Shown here: piece by piece, positions 26,544 to 38,903 of the stretch
How positions within the stretch are numbered: position 1 is the stretch's first letter
How the letters are laid out: every line of letters begins with the position of its first letter
Origin: Lobosporangium transversale
Taxonomy: Eukaryota
Length of the DNA: 64,000 bases
Assembly: GCF_002105155.1 (NCBI RefSeq)
Contig: NW_019029003.1
Span: 372,001 to 436,000, forward strand
Direction of reading: 5' to 3'
Position numbers and translations under genes: made by a program
Notes under the pieces: generated by a model
Database searches by the model: none
What the model saw: the letters and a program-made list of their open reading frames with translations, nothing else
What the model was told of the DNA's origin: nothing

Positions 26544-29500
26544 TTAGCTAACATGCAAGTTCATCACTCCTTCGGCATAACAACTCTCAAATGCTAACGA
26601 GATGTCGTCGTCATCCTTCATGATAATGTAGTCGTTATCCTCATCCTTATAGCGAAGGCGCAGAGGCTGCGAGTCTGGTCGACGGCAGCCACATAGGCGT
26701 ATCTTCTTCTCAACTCGTTCAACCAACTCGTTATATCCGATTTGAATGGGGACCACGATCAGATAGGCATCATCCTGGAAATTGACCTTAATCTTGAGCT
26801 GAGGTACTCCTGCACTCAGATTACTGTTGGATGGCTGCTGTCGCAGAGTACGGCTGGGATCTGGACGGGGTGAGCTATGACGAGAGGGAATGGTTGGGAC
26901 TGCAGGGATGTTAAATGAGCTACCTGGATATGGCGTCGTTGGCGAGTTGGGACCACTCGAGTTAGAGGGTCGTCGGTGGTGAGCTAGAGGCGTGGGAACT
27001 TCGGGGGCATTGTGCCAAGAGGGGTTAGCGGCCGCATGAATATTGGGGCTGCTCTGAGCACGTACACGAAGCTGGCCAGGAATCTGAGGAACAGGAGGAG
27101 GTGCCGATCCTGAGGTACTGTAAGAATAGCCTGTGGAAGCATTTCTAGAGAGCGGTTGTCCAGGGGTATAGTCGTCCGAACCATCGTGGGACATGAACCT
27201 GGACATGGTCTCGGTCATAGGTGAGTGGCCTTCACCGTTGCTTCGTCGTTGCCATGAGCTACTGCTACTGGTCGAACCACGAGAATTTGAAACTGTAGGA
27301 GAAGCAGGATATGAGGATGGTGGGGAATAAGGATACTCTCCTGGTGACATGAGACCCATAGTAGTGCTTGCGCTGCTGGAAGTACGAGGCATAGGTGGAA
27401 GCGACATACCAGGTGAAGGTCGTCCGTTTGCGGCTGCATGAGATGTGTATCCACCGGTACGTGAGTTCCAGGATCCGACGGGTTGAACTGTGCCATCCTC
27501 GGTCTTAGCTCTGGGGCGAGATCCAAGCATAGCTGGCTGAGGTGCAAGACCGAATGGCAACGAGTTACTGCGATATCCACGCTGATCTTCATAGTCCTCT
27601 TCGTCGCCATCCAAATCGTCATCCAGATAATCATCGTCATCCCTATAGAATGAAGATTGTTCAGGAGTCACGTATGGCATACCAACGAAGGCGGTAGTTG
27701 AAACAATATTGGTCTTTTGTGCATTAGCCTCCGTCACCAGCTTATCAAGGACGCTGTGCCATTTCTTAAGCTGATCCTCATTTCGGCAGCGGAGCTCAAA
27801 CTCATCAGCCGCAACATTCCAGACAAGATGAAGAACATAAGCTCCAGAGACGGTAACAGGAAGAATCGACTTAATATTGTTGATGTAGATACGTCCGTTG
27901 AGGTGAAGTGTCGGTTTGGGCTTTGCGCCTTTAGGAAGTGGTTTTGTCTGTTTCTTTTTGCTAACGATTTCCTGACAAAAGAGTATGATCTTTTCAAACA
28001 AATAGACTTCTAACTCTTTGTCTGAAGCGCTACGGGGATTCAAAAGTTTATCATGTAAGAGCAATGTACCAAAGTCAGATACAAGTTCTCCTTCTTTCCA
28101 AGCAACTTTGTGCTGTAAGGCCTGTGCAATCAAGTGATTGTCCTGCTTGCGATTCGTTTCGTTGATACGGTCAGCGACACGCTTGATGGAGGCTTGACCT
28201 TCAACTAGGTCTCTGTAGTGTGGGAACTCCGGATCTGTCAACTTGATGAGCTCATGCATAAAAAGTGGGTATTTGCAGATACGTTGGACAGGCTTGATCA
28301 GTTGCGAGGTGATCCCATAAATAGGCTCCATCAGATGGGCCAATTTCTACAAGAAAGAAATAAAGAAGGAATAGTGAGACATTGAGCATGTAATGCGAAG
28401 TACCATAGAGAAAGAGAGAGCAAGAGAGAAAAGATATGGAATATCATATTGAAAGACAGCCGTATCTAGAGACTGAACTTACCTGAAGCTTGGGTGCTTC
28501 ACTAAGAATCAGCTTGCTCGCCTCATTGAAATTAGCACAAAAGGGTTCATATACAGCAAATGCCTCCTCATGCTGCAAAAATACTTGCCCAAAATTCTGA
28601 TCTTGAGGAGCAAAGGCAGCATGAGTCTCCACAGCGATAAGGAAGCGTCTCTGGAAATCCACTAGAGCATTGAGATTCGCAAAGATGAGATGGATAGTTT
28701 CGGGTGAAATTATAGTGCCGTCCGTTTGGAGAGCGCGCATATAAGTTTGGAGATCCTCAAGATCACGAACATAACTGCGCTCAGTCTCCAAAATCTCTTG
28801 TACAACCTTGGCTCTGTTGTCGGTAGGCTTGGCTTGATCAGAGTTGCGCTTGGTAGTGAGCCTTGCGCGAAGCAATCCCTGATCTTCCATCCTATCAAGG
28901 ACCATACTCACTGCTTTGATCACCTAATCATCCGCCACATGGCCACCCCCCAGAAATGAAAATAATAATGTCAGCAGCTGAACGGGTGGTATCACAAAGT
29001 AATAGGCGGGAGAATGAATGAAAAACAAGGAGGCGGGAGAGGAATGATTCTGCCTCCCATTTTCTCCTAAAGACAAACCACGTACACACCACTAGACAAA
29101 CAACATGTAAAAAATGTAAAATAAAATAAAAACAGTCCATACCTTGACAAATCCATTAGTGTCGTCATGGAAAAGATCCGTGATGGAGAAGAGATCGTTT
29201 TCGCTAAAGTGAAGCTCCTGGCGACAGGCCACAAGAAAGTGGAAGACGGAGGCCTTGCAAGCATTGATGTTGCTGAGATTAGTGGCAGGGTTGATTTTAA
29301 GAGGATCCTTGGGACGCAGACCGTTGAAGATGCAGGCGAGTGGAGAGCCCATTCGGAAAAGGACCCATAGTTGGTGGACAGGGTCATTTGGACTGGAGGT
29401 GGAAGGGGCACCGGCTTGAGTGTTTTGGAGTAAATCAGGATTGAGGTACTCTTCAAAACCAGGAACGCCTGAGAGACGTTCGATTAGGTTGAGGCACGAC

Positions 29501-29580
29501 TGATAGAGTGAGACAACCGAGTTGCCCCTGGTGAGAGGAGGCGGAGGAGGTTGCTCGACGACGGTCGGGGTCAGTGGCAT
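26544..29580 (-). CDS. CDC24: Rho guanine-nucleotide exchange factor Cdc24/Scd1 (CH, DH, PH and PB1 domains); 3 coding exons
   Basis: DPVHQLWVLFRMGSPLACIFN (CDC24 CH domain), VVQEILETERSYVRDL and LIKPVQRICKYPL (DH), FGTLLLHD...VYLFEKIILFC (PH), LRYKDEDNDYIIMKDDDD (PB1). Introns approx. 28924-29142 and 28347-28482. Confidence 0.93.
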
Positions 29581-30516
29581 GACTGAAAGGGAAGAGGGTG
29601 TTGTCTAAGCAGAGTAAACTGTAGTGCCGATTTTTTTTTTTTGATGCCAGAAGGAGATGAAGGAAAATGATTGGAAAGGATTGGAAAGGATTGGTCAGCA
29701 ACAGAAAGTCTCGCGTGTCAAGCAAAGGGAGCAAAGCCCTTCTTCTTTGACAATTAAGAAATGTATAGTAATGATATGATAAGACAGGAACGAAAAGTAA
29801 GCAACAGAAAGAGAAAGTGGAGAGGAGAAGCACTGTATCAAAGTGAAGAGAAGTAAACGTGCGTGTGTGGTGTAAGTAAGCAGAAAGTGTAGTTTCTTGT
29901 GGAAGAAAGTGAAAAAAAGAGGTGTCACACCGCATATTAAAATTATATCGCAAGAAAAAAGATTTCGCCTCTTGCACTGGGTTGGACCAATCAGACACAC
30001 ATAAGAGAATACACTAAATAAAAAAAAAAGTACAATATCCATGGCATATAGAGACATGACAAAAGCCAATCTGCCCACATCGCAAACGCACACACCTGCT
30101 CTTTCTCTCTTTCTCTTTTTAATTGAGCCGTCTGATATTGAAGTACAGAAAGGTTTGGGGACAGAGCAGTGCATTGATACACACATATACAATGTGCAAA
30201 CGAGATGTGTCTTTAATTCGACCATTGCCCATCTTTTTCCTCTCCTGAATGTTACAACATTCTTTGTTTGCCAGAAAAAGACTTCAGATGTGCATGTATA
30301 GGATAAATGGTTGGCGGGATATGATGTTTCTGTGTGCTGCAAAACGTGAAGACATATCGCATCACTAATCTCACATTGCATGTTGCTCGAAAAGCGAACG
30401 ATGGACCAGAGGCCAATCCATGTGGGAGTTATTAATAAACCATTGTGCTCTTTTTTATCCCAGCTCCTCTTGCACAGCATGGTGAGAGAAAGAGCAAAAG
30501 CAAGATAGTTTTGACC

Positions 30517-30552
<36 letters not shown>

Positions 30553-32172
30553 GATCCCTAATGGTCCCATCTTAATTTTTTGATTTGTTTTTAGGCGCTT
30601 GGCTCTTGGGCCTTTTGGCTGACAAACCATTGTATACCACAAAAAAAAAAAAAGCAACAAACAATAAAATTGGAAAATAACCGAAGTCAGGTCGGGGTAT
30701 TCTATATCAATATAGACCCATATTTAGCGATGTGTATACAACGCTTGCACGAATGTCTGTGTATGTGGTGCAATAGCGAACCAAAAGGAAGAAAAAGAGA
30801 AAAGGAGGGAAATTGTTATGCGGGTTGAGAGCAGGAAGAAGGGACAGATAGTGTGGTCGAAGGCCAGAGGAACAGGGGTGGTTCCCCGAGCAAGGAAACA
30901 CCCACACTTTGTGTACACACATCAATTCAAAATTTTTTTAAACTATGTTCCTTAGTTCCATGTCGTGTGAAGATGAACAAAGGAGAGTGAGATAGTGAGA
31001 GAGAAAGAAAAAAAGGAAATAAGGGTGTTGTAATATGTTTGTTGGCTTACTCTCTATTATTACAATATTATGGTTTTAATAAATCGGTTGTTTTTAGGGG
31101 GTGGTGATGAGGGAGAGAGTATGAGATGGAGAAGTGTGAGATGGAAGGATGGCAGCAAGACCCCAGAATAATTGTGTGTAAGAGAAAAGGAAGATTGGTG
31201 ACGGACTGACTGCGAAAAGGAGAAGAGGGGCTGAATGAAAGAAAGGAGAGGAATAATGTTCGAGTCGGTGCGGACAGAGAAAGAAAGAGATGAAATGAAG
31301 AGATGATGGAGCGACCGGCGAGATGAAAAAGCACCACAGAACCTGACTTAAACACTCTAACGTCCCACTTTTGTGAAATGAAAGGTTATTTCACCTCAGT
31401 GCAGACTATATTTAAATGTACATTTTTGATATTGTGACAAGATAGGATAGAAAAACAGAAAACAAAACGGACGAATCGCATTCAATCGACCAATCGAATC
31501 GAATCGATGCTCTTTTTGAATCTCGTTCATTTTAGATCTTTTTGGGTCTAATACATAGTCATGGATGTACCATGGGTGTACCATGGATGTATTTATCATG
31601 GATGAATGATTTATTTTTTCTTGTTGTCTTTGTTTCTTTCTTGCTATTATATATAAATGTATATGCTAATTATTTTAATTACTCATTCAAGGAGTCCCGA
31701 CTGAATGGCCGAACGCCAGGTTCGTTTTTTTTTGATTTTAAATTCTGCAAAGCTGCTCTGCTAAGTGCAAGTGTGCAACAACATATTTATATATATACAT
31801 ATATATAAATTAAATATATATATATATATATATATTATACGACATATATATATAATACGATTCAATAGTTACAAATATATATACAAATATATACAGAAAG
31901 TTCCAGCTTTTAGTCTTCCCGGAACAGAGTGCTTATCGGTTTCACGTACGCTTGTCTACTACAGTCTGGCAGGGTGCACTTTTCTCGAAAAAAGAAAAAA
32001 AAAAAGAGCACATGGAAAGAGAGGTACCTCCAATACTGTACATTTAGACTACCCGTGTGTTTTTTAATACTGATGCACCCGTTCAACTTTCAAAACTCCG
32101 AACAATCGCAGGGCCAAAGTGAATAGAAAAATGGGTTCACAGTATATATATATATATACCATATGCCAAGTA

Positions 32173-32990
32173 TCAAATGGGCAAACTCGTTATGGATAGA
32201 ATCCAGAAACTTGTTATTCTTCCTTTAAACTCAGTGCACAGGCTGGAGTAAAGAGTTAAAGGTCTGTCAAAACATAGTAGCTCAGCGTCTTTGCTTGGTC
32301 GATCGTTGCGCAGCTGCTGATCAACAATGAATATGTTTCCTATGAGTAGAACGCGTCGCATTAATAAAGAAAAAAAGAAAAAAAAAAAAGGACAATCACA
32401 AGAATAGTATAGTCTGATCATGTTAAAAATGGTGCCCACGATATTGTTGAAAAGTATGGTGAGCCACATCGGGATGAGGGAGACGAACATAGTCGTTATC
32501 AGAACGGCGAAGCACATTGACGAAAACAATGAATACAACAATGAACAGCACTCTATTTTGATGGCTAGCATGAACAAGTGCTAAAGGCGAAGAATACCAA
32601 GCTTCGGTACATCTTGTCAAGTGACAAGATCATTCAATTGTAGATTTTCAGCGCCATAAGATCGATAGATGTTTCTGGTAGGTTCCCACACCAGTCACGT
32701 GATGACTTGACGATTCACACCTTTATTTGTGGACACTATGAGCTATTCTTACAGCTAGATACCTCCCATGTACCATTGGGGACACGTCAGACTTTTGGAA
32801 GAAGATGAAGCCCTATTACCAAGTCTCATTGTGTTTTGCAAAGGCAATGGCCGTGGAAGTAGCACTCAGGCAGAGACAGGAAAGAATATCCATGCAGCAA
32901 AGGATGAGTATGACGCGAGTAGCCAAACCAATCCCGAAGGGCAGAAAATCATCGTTTTCTCTTTCTGATAAATGTTTCGTTGCCAAATAG
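32173..32990 (-). pseudogene. Possible decayed multi-pass membrane protein gene
   Basis: Hydrophobic reading frames (FGIGLATRVILILCCMDILSCLCL... followed by in-frame stops; FMLAIKIECCSLLYSLFSSMCFAVLITTMFVSLIPMWLTIL) broken by stops and frame changes. No family recognised. Confidence 0.3.
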
Positions 32991-33922
32991 GCGCTTTATT
33001 CTTCAACAATAAGCAGTGGAAAGCTGCTTTAAAAAATATACAGTCACTGGAGGTCCTGAAGATGGATTTCTGTTTTTCTGTTATAGCATTTTGAATACAT
33101 CTATTTCTAAAGATCTAAATAAACAATGCTATTTGATCAACAATAATGAAAATAAATATTAACTCTCAGTGAACATCATAGTGTACAATTTGATCTATCT
33201 GCACAGCATAAGAGAGAGACACAGAGTTATTCATGGCCACAGCTGGCTGTGGAAGTGAGCCTTATTGGTGGTCATGGCAAAGACAAGTCTCAAAGGAACT
33301 GGCGCCGCTAGAGTATGGCGGGAGGTTGACTTGGGCGGAATCAAGGGTATTATAGCATCGTTTATCCATGAAATTGCCCACCATTAGTTCTGCTTCGTTC
33401 AAGCAACCACATGTCGTCACATATTTGGTATCTCCTAATTTCCTTTCTCCCCTAGAGAAATGAAGTGAGTGTCTAGCCAGCATACGTATACAAGCACAAA
33501 AGAGATGAGTTGAAAGGCAAGTGACCAACTTGTACTCCTTGCCTTTCATCTTAAAGATTGCGGTTATCGCCTTTCTTCTGTCAGTCCCGGTTAGAAATGG
33601 GGCAGAAGGAGGAACACGAAGATGGGAGGCTTCAAAGAGATCTAACGGATATCACCGGCTTCTTTCATATTAGGGGAAGGGGTGAGACTGGGGAAGAGTA
33701 TGAGGAGAGCAATGTAAACTGCAGGAGGGATTGAAGCAGAAGGTCATAGATCTTCATATTTTATATTGTTGTTTACGATTTTTTATTCTATTTCATTGGT
33801 TATTAGGGAAGCTATCAAAGAGACATAGTCTCGGTTGATTATTATTGATGTTGGAGCTGTATCACGCAACGAACTAAAAAGATATAAGAGCCGGGTTGGC
33901 AATTATGGGGTATTTTCGTAGC

Positions 33923-34467
33923 TTAGGCACAAATCTTGCCGGTAGGGCAGCATCCTCTCTTCCCCTTCGCAGAGATCCAACAGCTATAGCCTTTTTTGCA
34001 GCATCCACCACCCTTACAGCAACGCGAATTCAAGGGGCAGCAGCTTTTGCCATCGCAGCCCATCTGGTTGTTCCTGCAGCAGCCTTTCGCGTAGCACCAA
34101 TAACCAGCACCACAGCAGCCCTTTTTGCAGCAATCACCGCCAAGGGGGCAGCACCCCTTCTGCTTTGGACATTGGCCATATCCTCTTCGGCATTCTAAGC
34201 CAAATCCCAGGATTTGAAATAAATACGTCTGTTAGAAAGTTATATAATTAAACGAGATATCCATCCATACATTTTATGAGCAAACCCGCAAAGTATACCT
34301 TGTCTTTTCGAGAGAAGTACAGCCTCGAATTCCGATTTCGCCTCGAAATATGGCTTAATTTCGTTAAAGATTAGTGGAGCGGCAGCGACTTGGTCCTCAG
34401 CTGGAATGAAGTCTGCAGCAGCAACCACAGTGAGGGCAGCGATAGACAGCAAAGCGGAAATTTTCAT
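33923..34467 (-). CDS. Secreted cysteine-rich cationic prepropeptide (146 aa); exons 34467-34299 and 34194-33923
   Basis: Signal peptide MKISALLSIAALTVVAAA, acidic propeptide ending LLSKR, 104-nt GT-AG intron with a CTAAC branch site. Predicted mature peptide: QECRRGYGQCPKQKGCCPLGGDCCKKGCCGAGYWCYAKGCCRNNQMGCDGKSCCPLNSRCCKGGGCCKKGYSCWISAKGKRGCCPTGKICA*. TATA-like element about 100 nt upstream. Confidence 0.88.
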
Positions 34468-35199
34468 ATTGAGAAGAGCAGAATCAATGTAACAAGAAGA
34501 TGTGAGAGAGATGGTGAATTGTTGTGAACAAAAAAAAGAGGAAAAAAAACAGAGGATTAGCTTATTATAAATAGTTTTTCTGTTGGAAGGCCGCTATTAA
34601 GAATCAGCAGCACGGATCATTAGTGGCAAGCAAAGGACACGCCGCAACGGGAATAAAAAAATTTAAGCATGCTCTAAAAATTTTATCATAGGCGAAGAGT
34701 GTAGAGGAGTGGTCGAGTCGACTCAGAGCCTACAACAAGGAGGTCAAATGGACACGCCGTGTGCATGAGAAGTCGATTCAGAGCCCGTACAACCTAAACT
34801 ATAATATATATGTATATGGGATGTGGCTGTGTCCTTGTCGACTTCTATTCTGGAGGGGCCAGATCAGACTTACCGCAGCCTCCAATGGAGCTTGGTCTAC
34901 ATGTGTTGATAAGGTATTAAAGCAATAGGTTAATTGGAAAACATAATACTTCTAGCTGTAGAGCATTTGATTGAGGAGAGACTTGATGTAAACTGCTATA
35001 TGTTAAATGCCTATGAATTGGATCTATGAGCGATTTCTTCGGATAGTATCCACGAAACTGACAGAAAAACTCTCCCTTCTCCCCATATTTACACGCTTGC
35101 AAATGCAATCAAAGAAGGGTAAAAAGGAGGAGGATGAAGAGACATTGGCTGGAGATAATCACGAAGACGCTGACAACACGCCTTCATTGCGATGTTGAT

Positions 35200-36403
35200 G
35201 TGATGGAAAATAAGAAGTCTAAAGTAGCCACTACATAGTCAGGAAGTTTATTCAAAGGCTGTAGAACGCCATATCCACATTGACATTGCTGCAGTCAGGT
35301 TTGTTCTAGCTTTCCGTCAAGTTGAAGTACGTGTACGGAAGTGGCAGTATGGAGTTCTTTGAAAAACAATTGAGTCTGTCGTTAATATTTTACACCCGTG
35401 AGTTTATCGGATATTTTGTAGCGACACTAACAGGGTATAGTTCCTCAATAGTTCGAGCATAGCCCTATTGTCATTAAAGTTCAAGGCACTATTTCTGCCA
35501 TCGAGAACTTTGTTTATCTGAATCGACTTACTAAAATCAGTTGTGGGATGGTTCCCTCAACGCCAATGTAGTAAACCTTTAGTGTCATTCTCAAAAGACG
35601 GGCTGTCCTTTATATTTCAGAAAAGCACACATCTAGGGTAGAAAGCCAAAAACCAACCCATCATTAGCAGATATGAAATTGGCCCACGGCTCAAGAACCG
35701 GGTTATCATGTGACACCACTATTCTCATCTGTAGGAAAGCCCTTGAAGAATGTGAGAGTAGACGTGGATTCAAAAACAAGGTAATCTTGGTGTCCCTGAA
35801 AAGGACGTAGATGCAGCTCAAACGCACCAGAAAAGCTAGCTTCAATTACAAGCCCCGCAAATAAGGTGGCTACAGGTTGATCGGACCAATTTGAAAGGGC
35901 GGATATTGGGGTCAGCCTGAGAAGATAAAGATTCTGGACATAGATCTTTGCCAAACATATGTTTTCGAGGCGAGTGCGCTAGATGCGACCGTGTTTCCTA
36001 TTCAGCATGAATGGATATGACCATGGCATTAGTGCCAATATGACCCATTGCGCGAGTGAGGTATATGATATCTCATTTCTTCTTCAGGTACAAATTCTCG
36101 TTGACTGCTATAATTTTGTATAGCATGAATGCACACCAACACCTTTGGCACACGATACCAGAAACCACCGACGATGGGAATATTCTGAGTGGTAGTGCAC
36201 CGTACCGAATAAAAATTTTACACCACGGTGCAAGATCCACTGATGAAAATCAACTTCAAGTTACTTTGCCTGCGAATATTTTATCTGAAAAACTTAGCGA
36301 TATCTCCTTCAACTATGATGGCGAAAATATACCTTTATTTGTCAAAGCGGGAAAAGAATTCAAGGAAGTCGCAAATGAATTGTCAAAAAATTGTTATATT
36401 TAA
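35200..36403. pseudogene. Fragmented coding-like relics of unknown family
   Basis: Balanced composition without homopolymer runs; short protein-like frames (35706-35954 minus, 36056-36403 plus) interrupted by stops. Confidence 0.3.
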
Positions 36404-36660
36404 GGTTGTAACAGGGCTGCTCCCTACGAAAAATGATCTCTGCATCAGCTAAACGTCCTGGAATAGCTAATCGATGGAAGGCATGACAGAGAGCCCTGAT
36501 ATGGGGACCGTAACCCAAGCCTCGAGTATGAGGTATTCAGGCAAGAAAAGATGAGTAGCTATTTCATTTATTTCATCAGCAGTAAAGCGGTAATCCTCAA
36601 TAGAGTTAATACAATCTTTGTGACAGAGGTCGAGCCACATCACTGATATCAACCTCCGTT
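36400..36660 (-). mobile_element. Degenerate PIF/Harbinger (HARBI1-like) transposase N-terminal fragment
   Basis: EDYRFTADEINEIATHLFLPEYLILE..VTVP, then a frameshift into ALCHAFHRLAIPGRLADAEIIFRR. This resembles the FRF...L.LP...EALCxxLRRLAYPxRxxD...FGR pattern of fungal/oomycete Harbinger-type transposases. No DDE domain or TIRs seen. Confidence 0.6.
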
Positions 36661-37568
36661 ACCAACGGCACCAAATACGAGTCCTTTCAGAACCGCTTCA
36701 TCACCAGCTCCTCGTGATCCCCTGTGTTTCCCAAATGATGAAATTTTCTGAGGTTCTGGAAGTCTAGGAGATCAAAAGCTGTCTTTATTATTATTGCCAA
36801 GTGAGAGCCTTTTATTAAGATTCTGCCATGACCGCCACACAATGTTTTGGCCTTATGAATAGTGCTTTATCTATGCAAAAGATAAGCATGTGAAAAAAAA
36901 TAATATGGAGGGACAAGCTTACAAAAGAGTATAAATAGGAATGTTGATAGAGTGGCAGAAAGAGACTTGGAGCGATGAGGATTGATGTCAGGAAAAAAAA
37001 AATGATGTGCACGTAAAGAATGCAAGCTTCACTCTGGATCTCAAGGCTTTATTGCTGTTGAAGTAAATAAGTACATAGTCTATTACACCTCCAAGAAATA
37101 CCCTAAATACTAGGGATTAGTACGCTAGACAGATTTGCAGAAACATTCTTGCATCGAGATGACAGAACATAATATTGTCAATACTGTTCGTGGCTGCCTA
37201 ATGCATCAACAACGACCACTTTATCTCTCCTAAAGACGAATATCGAAGATATCCTTGGATGGAATTGGCAAGAACTGGATCAAAGTCTGGTGGGCGCAAG
37301 CGAGCAGCTTCTAAGGCTGGTTCTCACAGTGGCAAAAAACCTGATGTCACGTTTATGATGTACTTTGGGAGAGACTTGTGTTGTACATGTCTCTGCCTCA
37401 ATTGATAACAAAGAAATTGATGCTCTCACTCACCATGGCGTCATGATAAATTATATTGTAGGGTTATAAATATTTATATGTGTGTATATATATATATGTT
37501 GCTTATATTAAAACGAGTAAGGATGGAGGATAAAATATAAAAACACATTATTGCCTAGAGTTCAATTC

Positions 37569-38903
37569 TTATCGTCGACCTTCCGCCGAAAAGAGTTCTG
37601 CTGCACGTGCTCGTCGGCGAGCGCTTTCTGGACTATCTTGAGAGAGGCGACCATGATCATCGCTGTGGCGATCATGGTCTCCGTGCAAGTTGCTGTTGGA
37701 ATCCATACCACGCGCTAGTGAAAATGAGCCTCGCTCCGATCCACTAAGCCTGGGTTCACGTTCAATACTAGCTCGGTTCATCTCCTCACGGTAGGACTGC
37801 ATATTCGCGCGAGGTGGAGTCATAGAACGACGGGGTGTAAAGTCGTCACGATCGTTCACAAACCGGTCCCTAGACCGTGGAGGATCCAATGCTTCGCATT
37901 CATCAAACTCAGCTTTGTCGTTATATTGCGTACTGTCTGTAACGGCAAGAGATGAAGACGGTTCCTGAGTACCCCAGTTCTTAGGCTTACTTCGCAAGCT
38001 TTGAGGGAACGAGTCGGATGGACGTACTGTGGCAGAGTGAGCGGCAGCCCCAGCACCCACGGTAGATACTGTTGGAGACGAGGCTGGATGTGGAGGAGGA
38101 GGCACATAAGCTCCGATAGAGTTATGACTATGGTCTAGCTCCTGCATCATCACGTTATCGTTGTGACCATCCATATCATAATAGTGATTCTGGTAGCCGG
38201 ACGCGTATTGGTACTGCCCATTATGGTTACCATATTGTTGCTGAGTTGATGGATCCTCATATGACTGTTGATTAGGATAGTAATTGTTCTGGTGATCATA
38301 AGTAGAAGGATATTCCTGGTCATGATAGTTTGGGTCGGCTGTAGTAACAACGCCAGCTCCAGATGTGGGGCTCTGTTCGAAGAGCGCAGCCTTGTCCTGC
38401 TTTGTCCTACGCTTCCTGAGGAAGAAACATGCTCCGATTAGCGCAAGTAAGATGATAGCACCTACAACGATGCCAACAATTGCACCTTTGCTCAAACCGC
38501 TGTCGTTGTGGTTATTATTATTATTATTATTAGTTGAGTTAGTGACCGGGGTCGAGGTAAAGTTGAAACCATAGGCGGCGCAATTGGTTATCCAATCCTG
38601 CCGATTCTGAATCTCAGGGGAGTTTTTGCCCTGAGTACCAATGCATGTAAGGCATGAAGAAAATGCATCATAAAACTGAGAATTGCATTCACATTCACCG
38701 AGACTTGCGGTGGGGGTATAGATGAGATCCTGTTGGAGTGATGCGTTAGTGGCGCCACCTCCACAGGGGGCCAACAGCTGAACTACAGTAGAACAGCCAA
38801 CGCCAGAGCAATGCTCTATAATCCGGTCTGGTGCCGCGGTTGCCAGCAGGAGCGAACAGAGGCCGGCGGCTATAACAATGCCACGGGTGTTAGGTTTGTG
38901 CAT
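37569..38903 (-). CDS. Type I single-pass membrane protein with an 8-Cys ectodomain (Mid2/SKG6-like cell-surface sensor architecture); intronless
   Basis: 444-aa ORF: signal peptide, Cys-rich domain (CSGVGC...C...CEC...CLTC...C), TM segment LSKGAIVGIVVGAIILLALIGACFFL followed by RKRR, long disordered cytoplasmic tail. Confidence 0.8.
   Translation of the reverse strand: MHKPNTRGIVIAAGLCSLLLATAAPDRIIEHCSGVGCSTVVQLLAPCGGGATNASLQQDLIYTPTASLGECECNSQFYDAFSSCLTCIGTQGKNSPEIQNRQDWITNCAAYGFNFTSTPVTNSTNNNNNNNHNDSGLSKGAIVGIVVGAIILLALIGACFFLRKRRTKQDKAALFEQSPTSGAGVVTTADPNYHDQEYPSTYDHQNNYYPNQQSYEDPSTQQQYGNHNGQYQYASGYQNHYYDMDGHNDNVMMQELDHSHNSIGAYVPPPPHPASSPTVSTVGAGAAAHSATVRPSDSFPQSLRSKPKNWGTQEPSSSLAVTDSTQYNDKAEFDECEALDPPRSRDRFVNDRDDFTPRRSMTPPRANMQSYREEMNRASIEREPRLSGSERGSFSLARGMDSNSNLHGDHDRHSDDHGRLSQDSPESARRRARAAELFSAEGRR

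Noticed and set aside
29695..30660. 321-aa ORF on the - strand
   Set aside because: Runs through poly-A and low-complexity sequence, has no domain, and lies in the likely CDC24 leader or intron.
31556..31605. CATGGATGTAC-type repeats with palindromic character
   Set aside because: Short local duplication with no TIR/TSD or other support.
33896..34198. 100-aa Ala-rich ORF on the + strand
   Set aside because: Antisense shadow of the Cys-rich exon 2 (TGC codons read as GCA).
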